Source: a virus (taxonomy: Duplodnaviria; Heunggongvirae; Uroviricota; Caudoviricetes). From it: 64,000 nt of DNA. The stretch lies in the IMG/VR virus record IMGVR_UViG_3300034102_002177; one strand, written 5' to 3'. How positions within the stretch are numbered: position 1 is the stretch's first letter; every line of letters begins with the position of its first letter. The notes under the pieces are model-generated. The model searched no databases, was not told the origin of the DNA, and saw only the letters and a list, made by a program, of their open reading frames with translations. Below are positions 9,799 to 18,792 of the stretch, one piece after another. Position numbers and translations under genes: made by a program.

Positions 9799-12174
9799 AT
9801 GGATTTATTCAATCCCCCAAAATTATTCAATTACAATATAATGATAAAAGATTTAGATTTTTCTACGTTTGAAAACCCATCAATTCAAGTTGTATGGGAG
9901 GACTTACCTGAAAATTTCACACAAGATAAGATTAAGAGTGTTAAACATTATTTCCAAAAGAAATATAACACGACTAATGTGAATGTATTAACTAAGGTTA
10001 AAAACATTGAGAAAGATAGTATGCAAACTATTGATGTATCGGTGAATGTTGCTGACGTTAATTACCAACTTGACTTGTTGAAAAAATTCTTGGAATCAAA
10101 AGGTTATGACGGTCACTTGGATGACGTTTTAGGGATCAACAGAATGGTTGAGAACAAAATGCAAGAAGAGGAAGTTGAAACCACACAATTCAAGAAATGG
10201 TATATCAGAAACATAGAGTTCTCTAATTTCTTATCATATGGTGAGAACCAAAGATTGGATTTTGATAAGTGTGATGGTGTTGTGGTTGTAGAATCAAACC
10301 CACCAAACTTTGGGGGAAAAACAGTTCTTACGGTGGATTTGTTAATGTTCTTATTTTTTAATGAGACGACAAAAACTACTAAAGCGGAGGAAATCTTCAA
10401 CCGATTTACTGACAAAAATAAAGTAACGGTTAAAGGTGAGATCACAATTGATGGTGAGGAGTACATCATAGTTAGAAACATTGAAAGAAAACTTTCTAAG
10501 AAAGGTGAATGGAATGTTAAGACAGAATTGGACTTCTTCAAAAAATTGGCTGACGGTAGTTTACAAAACTTCACTGGAGAACAAAGAAGGGAAACTGAGG
10601 CGTTCATTAAGAATTCCATCGGTACAAAGGAAGATTTCCTTATGACCATTTTAACTACGGCAACAAACCTTGAGGAATTGTTGGAATCAAAACCAACGGC
10701 AAGAGGTCAAGTGTTGTCTCGTTTTATGGGACTTGAGTTTTTGAAACGGAAAGAGGAAGTTGCAAAAGAAGTTTATTCGGACTTCAACAAGTCAAAATTA
10801 TCTAACATTTATAATTCTGAAATGTTGAAAACAGATAATGAAACTTATGTAACTCAAATCGCTGAATTAAATGATCAAATTGAGGTATTAAAAACAGAGA
10901 TTGGTGATGTTGATGAGAAAATCCTGAAAGGGAAAGAGTATCGTGACGATATGTTGAAGAAAAAACACGGAGACATTGACCATGAAATCAGTTTGATGAA
11001 CCCGACTAAAACTCAGGAGGAAATTGATTCTTTGGAACGAGAGAAAACAGGGTTTCAAAAGAAATCAGAAGAACTTAAAGTTATTGAACCAAAAGAATTT
11101 TATCACGAAGACCAACATGATAAAATTAAAGAGGAGTATAACGATACCTTTAAGTTGAAAATTGAGCTTGATACACAGATCAATGAGATTGAGAAATTGA
11201 AGAGTTCTGTGAGTGATGGTATCAAATGTGAGCACTGTGGAATTGAGTTAATGAACGCTTCAATAACTCAACAAAAAATTAGTCAACTTGCCGTTTATAT
11301 CACGCATAGAGACCAAAAAACAACCTTAATGACGGATTTATCCGGCAGAGAACAACAGTTCGTACAACTTAAAAAAGATTTTGATGAGTATGAAAAAAAC
11401 AAACTTATCAAAGAAAAATATGAGTTAAGTATTGAAAGTTGTGATTTGAAGATTGGGACCTTAAAAGGTAAATTGGATAGTTGGGGTAAAGTTCAGGATA
11501 AAATCAAAGAGAACACTAAAATTGATGAAATGTTGATTAAGGCGGATCTAAGATTGGATGAACTTGAAAACATTAAAAAGAATAAAAACTCTCAAATTTC
11601 AAATAATGAATATCAAATCAAATCATTTAACGAGAAGATTGTTAATAACGAAGGATTAATTGATAAGATTAAGTTAGAAGAGGGTAGAGAAAAAATTTAC
11701 AAAATTTATTTAGAGGCGTACGGTAAAAATGGGTTATCAAAAATTATTATGAAAACAATGATGCCACTGATTAACTCAGAACTACAAAGATTGATGGAAG
11801 ATAGTTGTTACTTCAAATTAGAAATTAGAATTAATGACAAAAATGAAGTTGAATTTTTGATGGTCGATAATAGCACTGGTATTGAAAAATTAATGGTTTC
11901 GGGATCAGGTTATGAAAGAACAATTGCGTCTTTAGCGTTACGTTCGGTACTAAGTAAAATTTGCACATTACCGAAACCAAATATTGTAGTATTTGATGAG
12001 GTATTTGGAAAAATATCAAATGATAACCTTGAGATGGTATCTGAGTTCTTCCAAAAAATTAAAGAGTATTTTGGTAAAGTGTTCCTAATTAGCCACAACC
12101 CAATGATTAGTCAGTGGGGCGATACTATTGTAAAAATTGAAAAGGAAAATAATGTATCAAGAGTGTTAAATTAA
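9799..12174 (+). CDS. Rad50/SbcC-like SMC-family ATPase (T4 gp46-like)
   Basis: N-terminal P-loop NPPNFGGKTVL. About 450 aa of coiled coil with a CxxC hook-like CEHCG. C-terminal signature MVSGSGYERT and Walker B VVFDEVFG. Confidence 0.8.
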   Translation: MDLFNPPKLFNYNIMIKDLDFSTFENPSIQVVWEDLPENFTQDKIKSVKHYFQKKYNTTNVNVLTKVKNIEKDSMQTIDVSVNVADVNYQLDLLKKFLESKGYDGHLDDVLGINRMVENKMQEEEVETTQFKKWYIRNIEFSNFLSYGENQRLDFDKCDGVVVVESNPPNFGGKTVLTVDLLMFLFFNETTKTTKAEEIFNRFTDKNKVTVKGEITIDGEEYIIVRNIERKLSKKGEWNVKTELDFFKKLADGSLQNFTGEQRRETEAFIKNSIGTKEDFLMTILTTATNLEELLESKPTARGQVLSRFMGLEFLKRKEEVAKEVYSDFNKSKLSNIYNSEMLKTDNETYVTQIAELNDQIEVLKTEIGDVDEKILKGKEYRDDMLKKKHGDIDHEISLMNPTKTQEEIDSLEREKTGFQKKSEELKVIEPKEFYHEDQHDKIKEEYNDTFKLKIELDTQINEIEKLKSSVSDGIKCEHCGIELMNASITQQKISQLAVYITHRDQKTTLMTDLSGREQQFVQLKKDFDEYEKNKLIKEKYELSIESCDLKIGTLKGKLDSWGKVQDKIKENTKIDEMLIKADLRLDELENIKKNKNSQISNNEYQIKSFNEKIVNNEGLIDKIKLEEGREKIYKIYLEAYGKNGLSKIIMKTMMPLINSELQRLMEDSCYFKLEIRINDKNEVEFLMVDNSTGIEKLMVSGSGYERTIASLALRSVLSKICTLPKPNIVVFDEVFGKISNDNLEMVSEFFQKIKEYFGKVFLISHNPMISQWGDTIVKIEKENNVSRVLN

Positions 12175-12175
12175 C

Positions 12176-12709
12176 ATGGATAAAGTTGACTTATCTGATG
12201 TTTCTTTAGATGAAATTATAAAGGAACTATCAAATAGAGATCTTTTAACAAATACTAAATCAAATGGTGCAATTATTGCGGAAAATTTAGAAAACGTTAA
12301 ATTGATTTTAACAATGGGGATCCCTGAGGGTCATTTGGAATGTAGGGAGTGTTTAGAATTTTTACCGGCCACACAATTTAGTTTTTATCAAGGTAGGGTA
12401 GATAAAAATGGTTATTTGATGAGATCAAATGCGATATGTCTAACTTGCTCAAAAAAAATTAATAATGGTAGAAGTGAGGTTTTTAAAAACTCTAAAAAAA
12501 TACCTAAACCAAAAAAAGGAGATGTTTGTCCAAAATGTGATAGATCTTGGATTGGTAACTGGCACAAACATCATATAGATGATACAGTTCTTGGTTATAT
12601 ATGTGGTCATTGTAATATGTCATTAAGTGACCAAAGGAATAAACTTAATAATGATAAAGAATATTCTGTTATACCTGAGGAATTGAAAAAAAATAGTATA
12701 AATGCCTAA
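12176..12709 (+). CDS. Endonuclease VII-like (T4 gp49 family) resolvase/HNH-fold nuclease
   Basis: CPKCDRSWIGNWHKHHIDDTVLGYICGHCN matches the EndoVII CxxC...HxDH...GxxC..CN core. Confidence 0.55.
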   Translation: MDKVDLSDVSLDEIIKELSNRDLLTNTKSNGAIIAENLENVKLILTMGIPEGHLECRECLEFLPATQFSFYQGRVDKNGYLMRSNAICLTCSKKINNGRSEVFKNSKKIPKPKKGDVCPKCDRSWIGNWHKHHIDDTVLGYICGHCNMSLSDQRNKLNNDKEYSVIPEELKKNSINA

Positions 12710-12739
12710 AAAAATTAGTACATATACTAAATAATTTAG

Positions 12740-12747
12740 TATCTTTG
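12740..12747 (+). promoter_or_regulatory. Bacteroidetes-type -7 promoter box TAtcTTTG upstream of the 12773 ATG
   Basis: Exact motif, 25 nt upstream of the start. Confidence 0.55.
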
Positions 12748-12772
12748 TTGAATTAATTAAAAACACAAATAT

Positions 12773-13264
12773 ATGAAGTACTTACTTTTTGTTTATTATT
12801 CGGAAGGAGAAAAAACCGAAGATGATATTCACCAAATTGCCGAAGAATTATCACCAATCGTTGATTCGGATGAGATTAAATATGTATTCGGTCCATCACA
12901 CGTAGTTTTTAACTTTGTGACTGAGATGTCACATAGTGAATTATCAATGTATGTTGATATTATAACAGAAGATATCGGTTATTTTAAGTATATTTTAATC
13001 CCAACACCAAAGGTGATTGCTTCAAACATGGAACCAGATCATCTCAAACACCTTATGGCGGTTAATAGTCAAAATGAAGATAGTGGAGATATATCCCCTA
13101 ACTTTATTGAGTTTCTAAAGGAAAGTTTTAGTGGGTCAAATCACAGTATTTGTTATCTAACAATAGACGAGATTTTAGAGAAAATTAAAGATCAGGGAGT
13201 ACAATCCTTAACAAAAGAAGAAAAAGAAAAATTAGATAATTATTCACAATCAATCAAAAATTAA
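12773..13264 (+). CDS. Acidic hypothetical protein co-transcribed with the sigma factor (4-nt gap)
   Basis: 163-aa ORF with its own host-type promoter. The next gene is the sigma factor. Confidence 0.5.
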   Translation: MKYLLFVYYSEGEKTEDDIHQIAEELSPIVDSDEIKYVFGPSHVVFNFVTEMSHSELSMYVDIITEDIGYFKYILIPTPKVIASNMEPDHLKHLMAVNSQNEDSGDISPNFIEFLKESFSGSNHSICYLTIDEILEKIKDQGVQSLTKEEKEKLDNYSQSIKN

Positions 13265-13267
13265 TAA

Positions 13268-14068
13268 ATGAAGGACAAAAACTTAGGAATACCTATTAAC
13301 CAAGACGAAGTTTACCACTACCTTAAAGACATCAGAAAAATCAAAGTAATGACTCCCGACAGAGAGCGTGAGTTAGCCGTTAAGATGAAATCAAATGAGA
13401 TTTCAGACAAAGAGAGAAAACAAATTGAGGAAGAACTTCTTATAGGTAACTTAAGATTTGTCATTACTGTGGCGAAGCAGTACCAAAACCAAGGTTTAGA
13501 TTTACAAGATCTAATTGCTGAGGGTAATTATGGTTTGATGAAGGCAATCAAAAACTTTGATTGGGGAAAAGACCTTAGATTTATATCTTATGCGGTATGG
13601 TGGGTTAAACAATCAATTATTCAATCGTTAAATGATAATGCGAGAACAATAAGATTACCGGTGAATGTTGTTCAAGATCTTCATAGAGCAAAGAAAGAGT
13701 TGGAACAGACAGGTAAGAAGTTGGAAGACAAATTTTCCACATTACCATCAATCATTGATTTGGACATGAGAATTAATGATGAGGGAGATACTCTTATTGA
13801 TATGATTGCGAATCAAGATGCTGAGGCTCCTGATGCTTCTTTTCATACAAAAGATATTCTAAAAGAAAAAATGATGACCTTGTTGGATGTTTTAGATGAT
13901 CGTGAGAAGTCAATCATTGGGGATTACTTTGGGTTAACAGGAACTCCAAGAACTTTAGAGGACATTGGTAGTGATTTTGGTCTCACAAAAGAAAGAGTAC
14001 GTCAGATTAAAGAAAAGGCGTTAAGACGATTAAGAAACGATAGTTCGGAACTATTTGATTATTTGTAA
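13268..14068 (+). CDS. Sigma-70 family (RpoD/RpoS-like) RNA polymerase sigma factor
   Basis: Region 2: LIAEGNYGLMKAIKNFD. Region 3/4: TLEDIGSDFGLTKERVRQIKEKALRRLR. Confidence 0.8.
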   Translation: MKDKNLGIPINQDEVYHYLKDIRKIKVMTPDRERELAVKMKSNEISDKERKQIEEELLIGNLRFVITVAKQYQNQGLDLQDLIAEGNYGLMKAIKNFDWGKDLRFISYAVWWVKQSIIQSLNDNARTIRLPVNVVQDLHRAKKELEQTGKKLEDKFSTLPSIIDLDMRINDEGDTLIDMIANQDAEAPDASFHTKDILKEKMMTLLDVLDDREKSIIGDYFGLTGTPRTLEDIGSDFGLTKERVRQIKEKALRRLRNDSSELFDYL

Positions 14069-14173
14069 GAAAAGGGTTGAACCGAGATTACCCTTATAAC
14101 TCGGCGGAATGGGACACGAGGTTCCCTGGGTGAAATTCCTCAACTATATCTATATGGTATAGTGAAACTACAT

Positions 14174-14203
14174 CCCCTCACTGGTACCGGTGGGGGGTTT
14201 TTT
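14174..14203. terminator. GC-rich hairpin CCCCTCACTGG/TACC/GGTGGGGGG followed by TTTTTT. Intrinsic terminator of the sigma operon
   Basis: About 10-bp stem with T-run. The downstream gene is on the opposite strand. Confidence 0.7.
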
Positions 14204-14651
14204 ATACCCATATAACTGTTTGCCAACCGGCAACTCTAAAAGGATTTTCTTTTGATTCTCTAAAAACAGTGATCACATTTAATGTCCATTCTAAGTCATT
14301 TTTTTGAACAGGTTGAATTGCAATTGCAATCTCCCATTTTAATGATTTAACAACAAATCTTACATTTGTGACTATATGGTGGGAAACTATTTTTTCGGCT
14401 ATTTTATTTTTTGCTTTAAGTAATACTTCATTTATCTCGGAATTAGTTATTTCTCTTTGATTATAATCGTAACTATATTTACCTGTTAAATCTTTACCCT
14501 TACCCTCCAAATCAGGCCTCATTCTTCTTGCCCAAGCGTGATTTTCCCTATTTATCTCAAGATAAAAATCAGAATTTAAATTAACTGACATATTACCAAT
14601 AGTCCGTTCAATAAGTAAATGTTTTAATATTGTGTTCCTAAGTAATGACAT
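14202..14651 (-). CDS. Hypothetical protein: a single opposite-strand gene island
   Basis: 149-aa ORF. No recognisable motif. Confidence 0.4.
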   Translation of the reverse strand: MSLLRNTILKHLLIERTIGNMSVNLNSDFYLEINRENHAWARRMRPDLEGKGKDLTGKYSYDYNQREITNSEINEVLLKAKNKIAEKIVSHHIVTNVRFVVKSLKWEIAIAIQPVQKNDLEWTLNVITVFRESKENPFRVAGWQTVIWV

Positions 14652-14701
14652 ATGATTATAAATATGTTATTATTGATATTTATAAACACATAACAATTAT
14701 T

Positions 14702-15781
14702 ATGAAAGAAAAATTTTTACCTTGGTTTTTATTATTTTGTGCGTTGGGTCTATCGGGAACTGCGGCTTATTATAGTGTTGTTGGACTATCAATAGTGTTT
14801 GTGGGGGTTGCTATACCTGTTATTATTATGGGTGGGTTTTTGGAAGTTTCCAAGATAGCAATTGCGACTTATTTACACGATAAATGGAAAGAAACTTACG
14901 GAGCATTGAAGATTTATTTAACAATGGCATTAATTATTTTGTCAATTATCACATCCATCGGAATATACGGTTTATTGAGTACTGGATTCCAATCAAACAT
15001 TGCAAAATTAGAGATCAATGATAAACAGATTAAAAACATTGAGGTTAAAAAAAACAGGTTTGAGGAGATTAAATTAGAGTACACTAAAGAAAAAACAATA
15101 TTGGATAAGGACATCTCAAAGTTGAGAGACGGGTTATCAAGCAATACAACAACTCAAACTGTGGATAGACAAACAGGTCAAATTGTAACAAGAGCAAATA
15201 ATGCAAATAGACAATCATTTGAGAAACAGTTAAAATCTGCTCAAGACAACCGAGATATTGTGTCGGGTAAAATTGATGCAATGAACGACAGTATAACTAG
15301 ATTAGACATTAAAATATTGGACATGGAATCCCAAGAGATTGAAGGTAATGAACTTGGAGCAATTAAATATGTTAGTGAATTAAGTGGTTGGGGACTTAAT
15401 GAAGTTGCAAATTTATTTATTCTTATTTTGATTTTTGTATTTGATCCATTGGCAATCACATTAGTTATTGCGACTAATCAGGCGTTTAAGGCAAATAGAA
15501 AACGACCAAGTACCGATGAAGTAACCGATGAAGTTGATCCTATTATAATTGAAAAGATAGTTGAGGTTCCTGTTGAGGTAATTAAAGAGGTTGAGAAGAT
15601 TGTTGAGGTTCCTGTTGAAGTATTTGTGGAAAAAGGAAAGGTAGTTCCTAATATTGAGGAATTATTTGAATCTGACAATTTGTATATGGATATAATGTTG
15701 GATGATGAAACTACGACTACAACAACAACGACTCAAGAAGGTCCTAAAGTTTTAAGATACACTAAAAATAATGCTGGATGA
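14702..15781 (+). CDS. Membrane-anchored coiled-coil protein carrying the same EKIVEVPVEVIKEVEKIVEVPVE repeat, plus a poly-Thr tail
   Basis: Four N-terminal TM helices, coiled coil, a further TM, repeat at nt 15551-15625. The ATG at 14702 is preferred over the track start. Confidence 0.55.
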   Translation: MKEKFLPWFLLFCALGLSGTAAYYSVVGLSIVFVGVAIPVIIMGGFLEVSKIAIATYLHDKWKETYGALKIYLTMALIILSIITSIGIYGLLSTGFQSNIAKLEINDKQIKNIEVKKNRFEEIKLEYTKEKTILDKDISKLRDGLSSNTTTQTVDRQTGQIVTRANNANRQSFEKQLKSAQDNRDIVSGKIDAMNDSITRLDIKILDMESQEIEGNELGAIKYVSELSGWGLNEVANLFILILIFVFDPLAITLVIATNQAFKANRKRPSTDEVTDEVDPIIIEKIVEVPVEVIKEVEKIVEVPVEVFVEKGKVVPNIEELFESDNLYMDIMLDDETTTTTTTTQEGPKVLRYTKNNAG

Positions 15782-16370
15782 ACTGATGAAATACGGGAAC
15801 TTCCAATCAGTCGGGAAGAACCAAAACAAAAAACAAATTATACTAACCAACACATCCCGAAACGTAAAGGATTATTTACAATCACTAAAATATAGATATA
15901 ACGGTAAGTATAATAAGATACCAAACTATATTGTTACCAGAGATGGAAAGATTTTACAGTTATTGGAGAACGATGAGTATGGTAAATATAATGGTAATGA
16001 TAAGGTTGATATGAACTCTATTGTTATATCGTTAGAAAATTTAGGATGGTTAGAAAAAGAACCATTAAAAAATTCACACATTAATTGGATTGGAGATATT
16101 TATAATCAAAAGGTTTTTGAACGTAAATGGAGAGATTATTTTTTTTGGCAACCTTATGTTGAAGAACAGTTAAAAATAACTGCTAAACTATGTGTTGAAA
16201 TAACAAAAGAAACGTTAATTCCTTTAAAAAGTGTTGAACATAATACGAAAATAAATGGTGTAGAAAAAGTTGAAGGTATTGTGACAAGAAGTAATTTTGA
16301 TAGTGATTTTACTGATGTTAGTCCGGCTTTTAATTTTGAATATTTTATAAAACAATTATACGATGAGTAA
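15771..16370 (+). CDS. Amidase_2/PGRP-fold protein (T7-lysozyme-like) with likely substituted zinc ligands
   Basis: NYIVTRDGKILQLLEN...NGNDKVDMNSIVISLENLGW parallels the amidase_2 core IRRDGTV...GYNSQSIGV. The usual His ligands are absent. Confidence 0.35.
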   Translation: MLDELMKYGNFQSVGKNQNKKQIILTNTSRNVKDYLQSLKYRYNGKYNKIPNYIVTRDGKILQLLENDEYGKYNGNDKVDMNSIVISLENLGWLEKEPLKNSHINWIGDIYNQKVFERKWRDYFFWQPYVEEQLKITAKLCVEITKETLIPLKSVEHNTKINGVEKVEGIVTRSNFDSDFTDVSPAFNFEYFIKQLYDE

Positions 16371-16992
16371 TTACGACGAATTAAAACAATTATTATCGGC
16401 TTCAAGAAAATTAATTGGGGGTGATAAATTAAATGAAGATTATAATCGCATAAGAAAAACTTATGGGTTATTAATTGAACAACCAGTTGAAGATCCTGAC
16501 GCGGGTATTAATATAATGAAAGATATTGATGATAAGATTAAGGATGATACCGAATATGAAACCGCTGAAAAACCTGAAGAAGATGAGGATTACGATGAAA
16601 TAAAATCAGATAAAAAAAAGGCATATAGAATTTCAGGTGCGATTTTAGTAATTCACAGTAAAAATACTAGCGACTTACAATTAACAACAGATGACAAGTT
16701 GGCGTTCCAAGAAACTATGGATGAGTTTAAACAAGGAGTTACTGAAATGGCTGACTTCAATAAATTAAATTTATATCCAACAAATGTTGAATGGTCAGGT
16801 AAAATAACAGAGTTAGATATTGAGTTTTTCTTTTCAATTGCGGAAAGAAACGGAGTTTATATTAATGGTACCATGATTAAACTTGATGATGAATTTAGTG
16901 AAATGTCAACAAAACTAAAAACATATTATGAAAAGTTTAAAACAAAATGGTCAAAAATCGTATCAACAAGAAAGGAAACAAGTGGATTATGA
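16363..16992 (+). CDS. Acidic hypothetical protein
   Basis: 209-aa ORF. Confidence 0.45.
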   Translation: MSNYDELKQLLSASRKLIGGDKLNEDYNRIRKTYGLLIEQPVEDPDAGINIMKDIDDKIKDDTEYETAEKPEEDEDYDEIKSDKKKAYRISGAILVIHSKNTSDLQLTTDDKLAFQETMDEFKQGVTEMADFNKLNLYPTNVEWSGKITELDIEFFFSIAERNGVYINGTMIKLDDEFSEMSTKLKTYYEKFKTKWSKIVSTRKETSGL

Positions 16993-17342
16993 GAAAGTTT
17001 TTAAGTGAAAATTTCAAATATATTATGACACCAATATTATTAATCTTAATTGGGTTATTAATTTATGATCTAACAAGTAAAGATAATGGTATGTCCAAGG
17101 AAGATAAAAAAAGAATTGAACAACTTGATAAAGATATTAACAGTATGATTGAATATCAGAAACAGTTAGATGAAAAAATAACCGAATACAATAAAGAGAT
17201 TTTGAAGATAGATTCAACAATCTCAAATATAAAAGTTAAAAAAGAAGTTGTTAATAATTACTACGAACAAAAAGGTAAAGAAATTAAAAACTCTAACGCT
17301 AAACAAGTTGATAGTTTATTACGATCAAGATATAATTTTTAA
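16989..17342 (+). CDS. Type-II membrane protein with a periplasmic coiled coil (i-spanin-like architecture)
   Basis: N-terminal TM PILLILIGLLIY followed by a coiled coil. Start taken at the internal Met. Confidence 0.35.
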   Translation: MRKFLSENFKYIMTPILLILIGLLIYDLTSKDNGMSKEDKKRIEQLDKDINSMIEYQKQLDEKITEYNKEILKIDSTISNIKVKKEVVNNYYEQKGKEIKNSNAKQVDSLLRSRYNF

Positions 17343-17345
17343 AAA

Positions 17346-17759
17346 ATGAAAAATTTATTATTAATAGTATTCATGGCAATTGGGATTACCTCTTTCAGTC
17401 AAACAATTAAGAAGGAAGATACAACTGAAATTTGTTTACCGTATACTGTGGGAAAACAAATTATGTTGGATTTAAATAAATTAGATTCAACTACAGCAAT
17501 TTTAAAATTAACTGAGGAGGAAGTGATTGAGTTAAATAAAAAAATTGATCTACAACAATCGGTGATTACCACCATGGAAGAAAAGGTTAAAACAAGTGAA
17601 ACCATTATACAAAAAACAAATGAGAAGTTTCAAATTGTAGATAACATCAATAAAGACCTTACTTCAGATAACAAAAAATTAAAGAGAAAAAATACAATCA
17701 TACAGATAGTTTCCGCTGTAATTATAGGAGCATTAACATACGAAGTAGTAAGTAATTAA
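17346..17759 (+). CDS. Secreted/membrane coiled-coil protein (signal peptide plus C-terminal TM)
   Basis: Signal-like N-terminus, C-terminal hydrophobic segment. Confidence 0.4.
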   Translation: MKNLLLIVFMAIGITSFSQTIKKEDTTEICLPYTVGKQIMLDLNKLDSTTAILKLTEEEVIELNKKIDLQQSVITTMEEKVKTSETIIQKTNEKFQIVDNINKDLTSDNKKLKRKNTIIQIVSAVIIGALTYEVVSN

Positions 17760-17760
17760 G

Positions 17761-18006
17761 ATGGCGTTAACACAGGCAGATAAAAGAGAAATTGAAACAC
17801 TTATTAAAAAAGAAATTAAAGATTTCTTAGGATCTTCTACCGCCAAACAATTTGAAGACAAATTAGTGGAAAGAATCTCTAAGGAGATGAAAAGAGGTAA
17901 GTTGGAAAAAGACGTTAAGGAGTTAATTATTAAATCATTTAGGGAGTTTTATACCATAATGTACCAGCAAAGAAGTTTCTGGGAATCTAAATTCAAAAGT
18001 TCATAA
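17761..18006 (+). CDS. Hypothetical protein
   Basis: 81-aa ORF, tightly packed. Confidence 0.4.
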   Translation: MALTQADKREIETLIKKEIKDFLGSSTAKQFEDKLVERISKEMKRGKLEKDVKELIIKSFREFYTIMYQQRSFWESKFKSS

Positions 18007-18770
18007 TGGATTTAATTGATTTATTTAATAAAGAATATAATAAAAATGCTACCGATTTGGGAGTTACTGGAACTGAATTGGCTAAACAAAGAAAAAATTT
18101 CCAACCAATGGCCGAAGAGAACGAAAAAAAGAAAAAAACAAAACCTCAGGATTATCTTAAAGATAAGAATGATTTAAAAGACATTTTAGTGTTGGTAAAA
18201 AATAAAAGATTATCGGCAAATAAAACAAGGGTTGAATTGAAAAAAATGTTGGAGGATCCGGAAGATCTTAATGATTTCCTTAATTCATTATTAAAAGTCA
18301 CTAAAGGTAAAAAAGAAGAACCTAAAGAAATGGGTGCAGTATCTGCGGGGGCATATTCAGGTCAATTGTTTACGTCCAAAGAGATGAAAGAAGAAGAGTA
18401 TTGTGATTCTTGTGATAGAGTTAAATCTAAATGTGTTTGTAATAGACCTAAAAAGGTTGAAACAAAAGAAGGTGCAAGTACCACATCATCAGGTCAATAT
18501 TCAGGACCCAAGATGTGGGCGAAGTCAACTAGTAAAAAAGATTGGGGACCAAGCCGTAAAACACAATTACCTGGTGGTAAGTTTGTCCAAGTTAAGAAAA
18601 AGTGTAAAAAGTTTCCTTATTGTAATCAGGGTGATATTAATGCGCTTAAAATCTTTGAAAATGAAGGGTTAAAGAAAGTAATATCAAATATAAGTGAATC
18701 TTATGGTCTCACAGAGAGTTATATTAGAAACATAATTTATTTGGAGATGGAAAAATTGAATAAACATTGA
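18006..18770 (+). CDS. Lys-rich protein with a Cys cluster (possible nucleic-acid-binding or internal virion protein)
   Basis: CDSCDRVKSKCVCN cluster, very basic. Confidence 0.45.
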   Translation: MDLIDLFNKEYNKNATDLGVTGTELAKQRKNFQPMAEENEKKKKTKPQDYLKDKNDLKDILVLVKNKRLSANKTRVELKKMLEDPEDLNDFLNSLLKVTKGKKEEPKEMGAVSAGAYSGQLFTSKEMKEEEYCDSCDRVKSKCVCNRPKKVETKEGASTTSSGQYSGPKMWAKSTSKKDWGPSRKTQLPGGKFVQVKKKCKKFPYCNQGDINALKIFENEGLKKVISNISESYGLTESYIRNIIYLEMEKLNKH

Positions 18771-18792
18771 TATTTATATAAAAAACAAGAAA

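Noticed and set aside
10113-10649. 178-aa minus-strand ORF inside the Rad50-like gene
   Set aside because: Fully contained in a strongly supported coding region on the other strand, with no signals.
14645-14701. Track start of the membrane/repeat protein (MTYDYKYVII...)
   Set aside because: The first 19 codons are AT-rich spacer abutting the divergent gene. The first hydrophobic-region Met at 14702 is the more plausible start.
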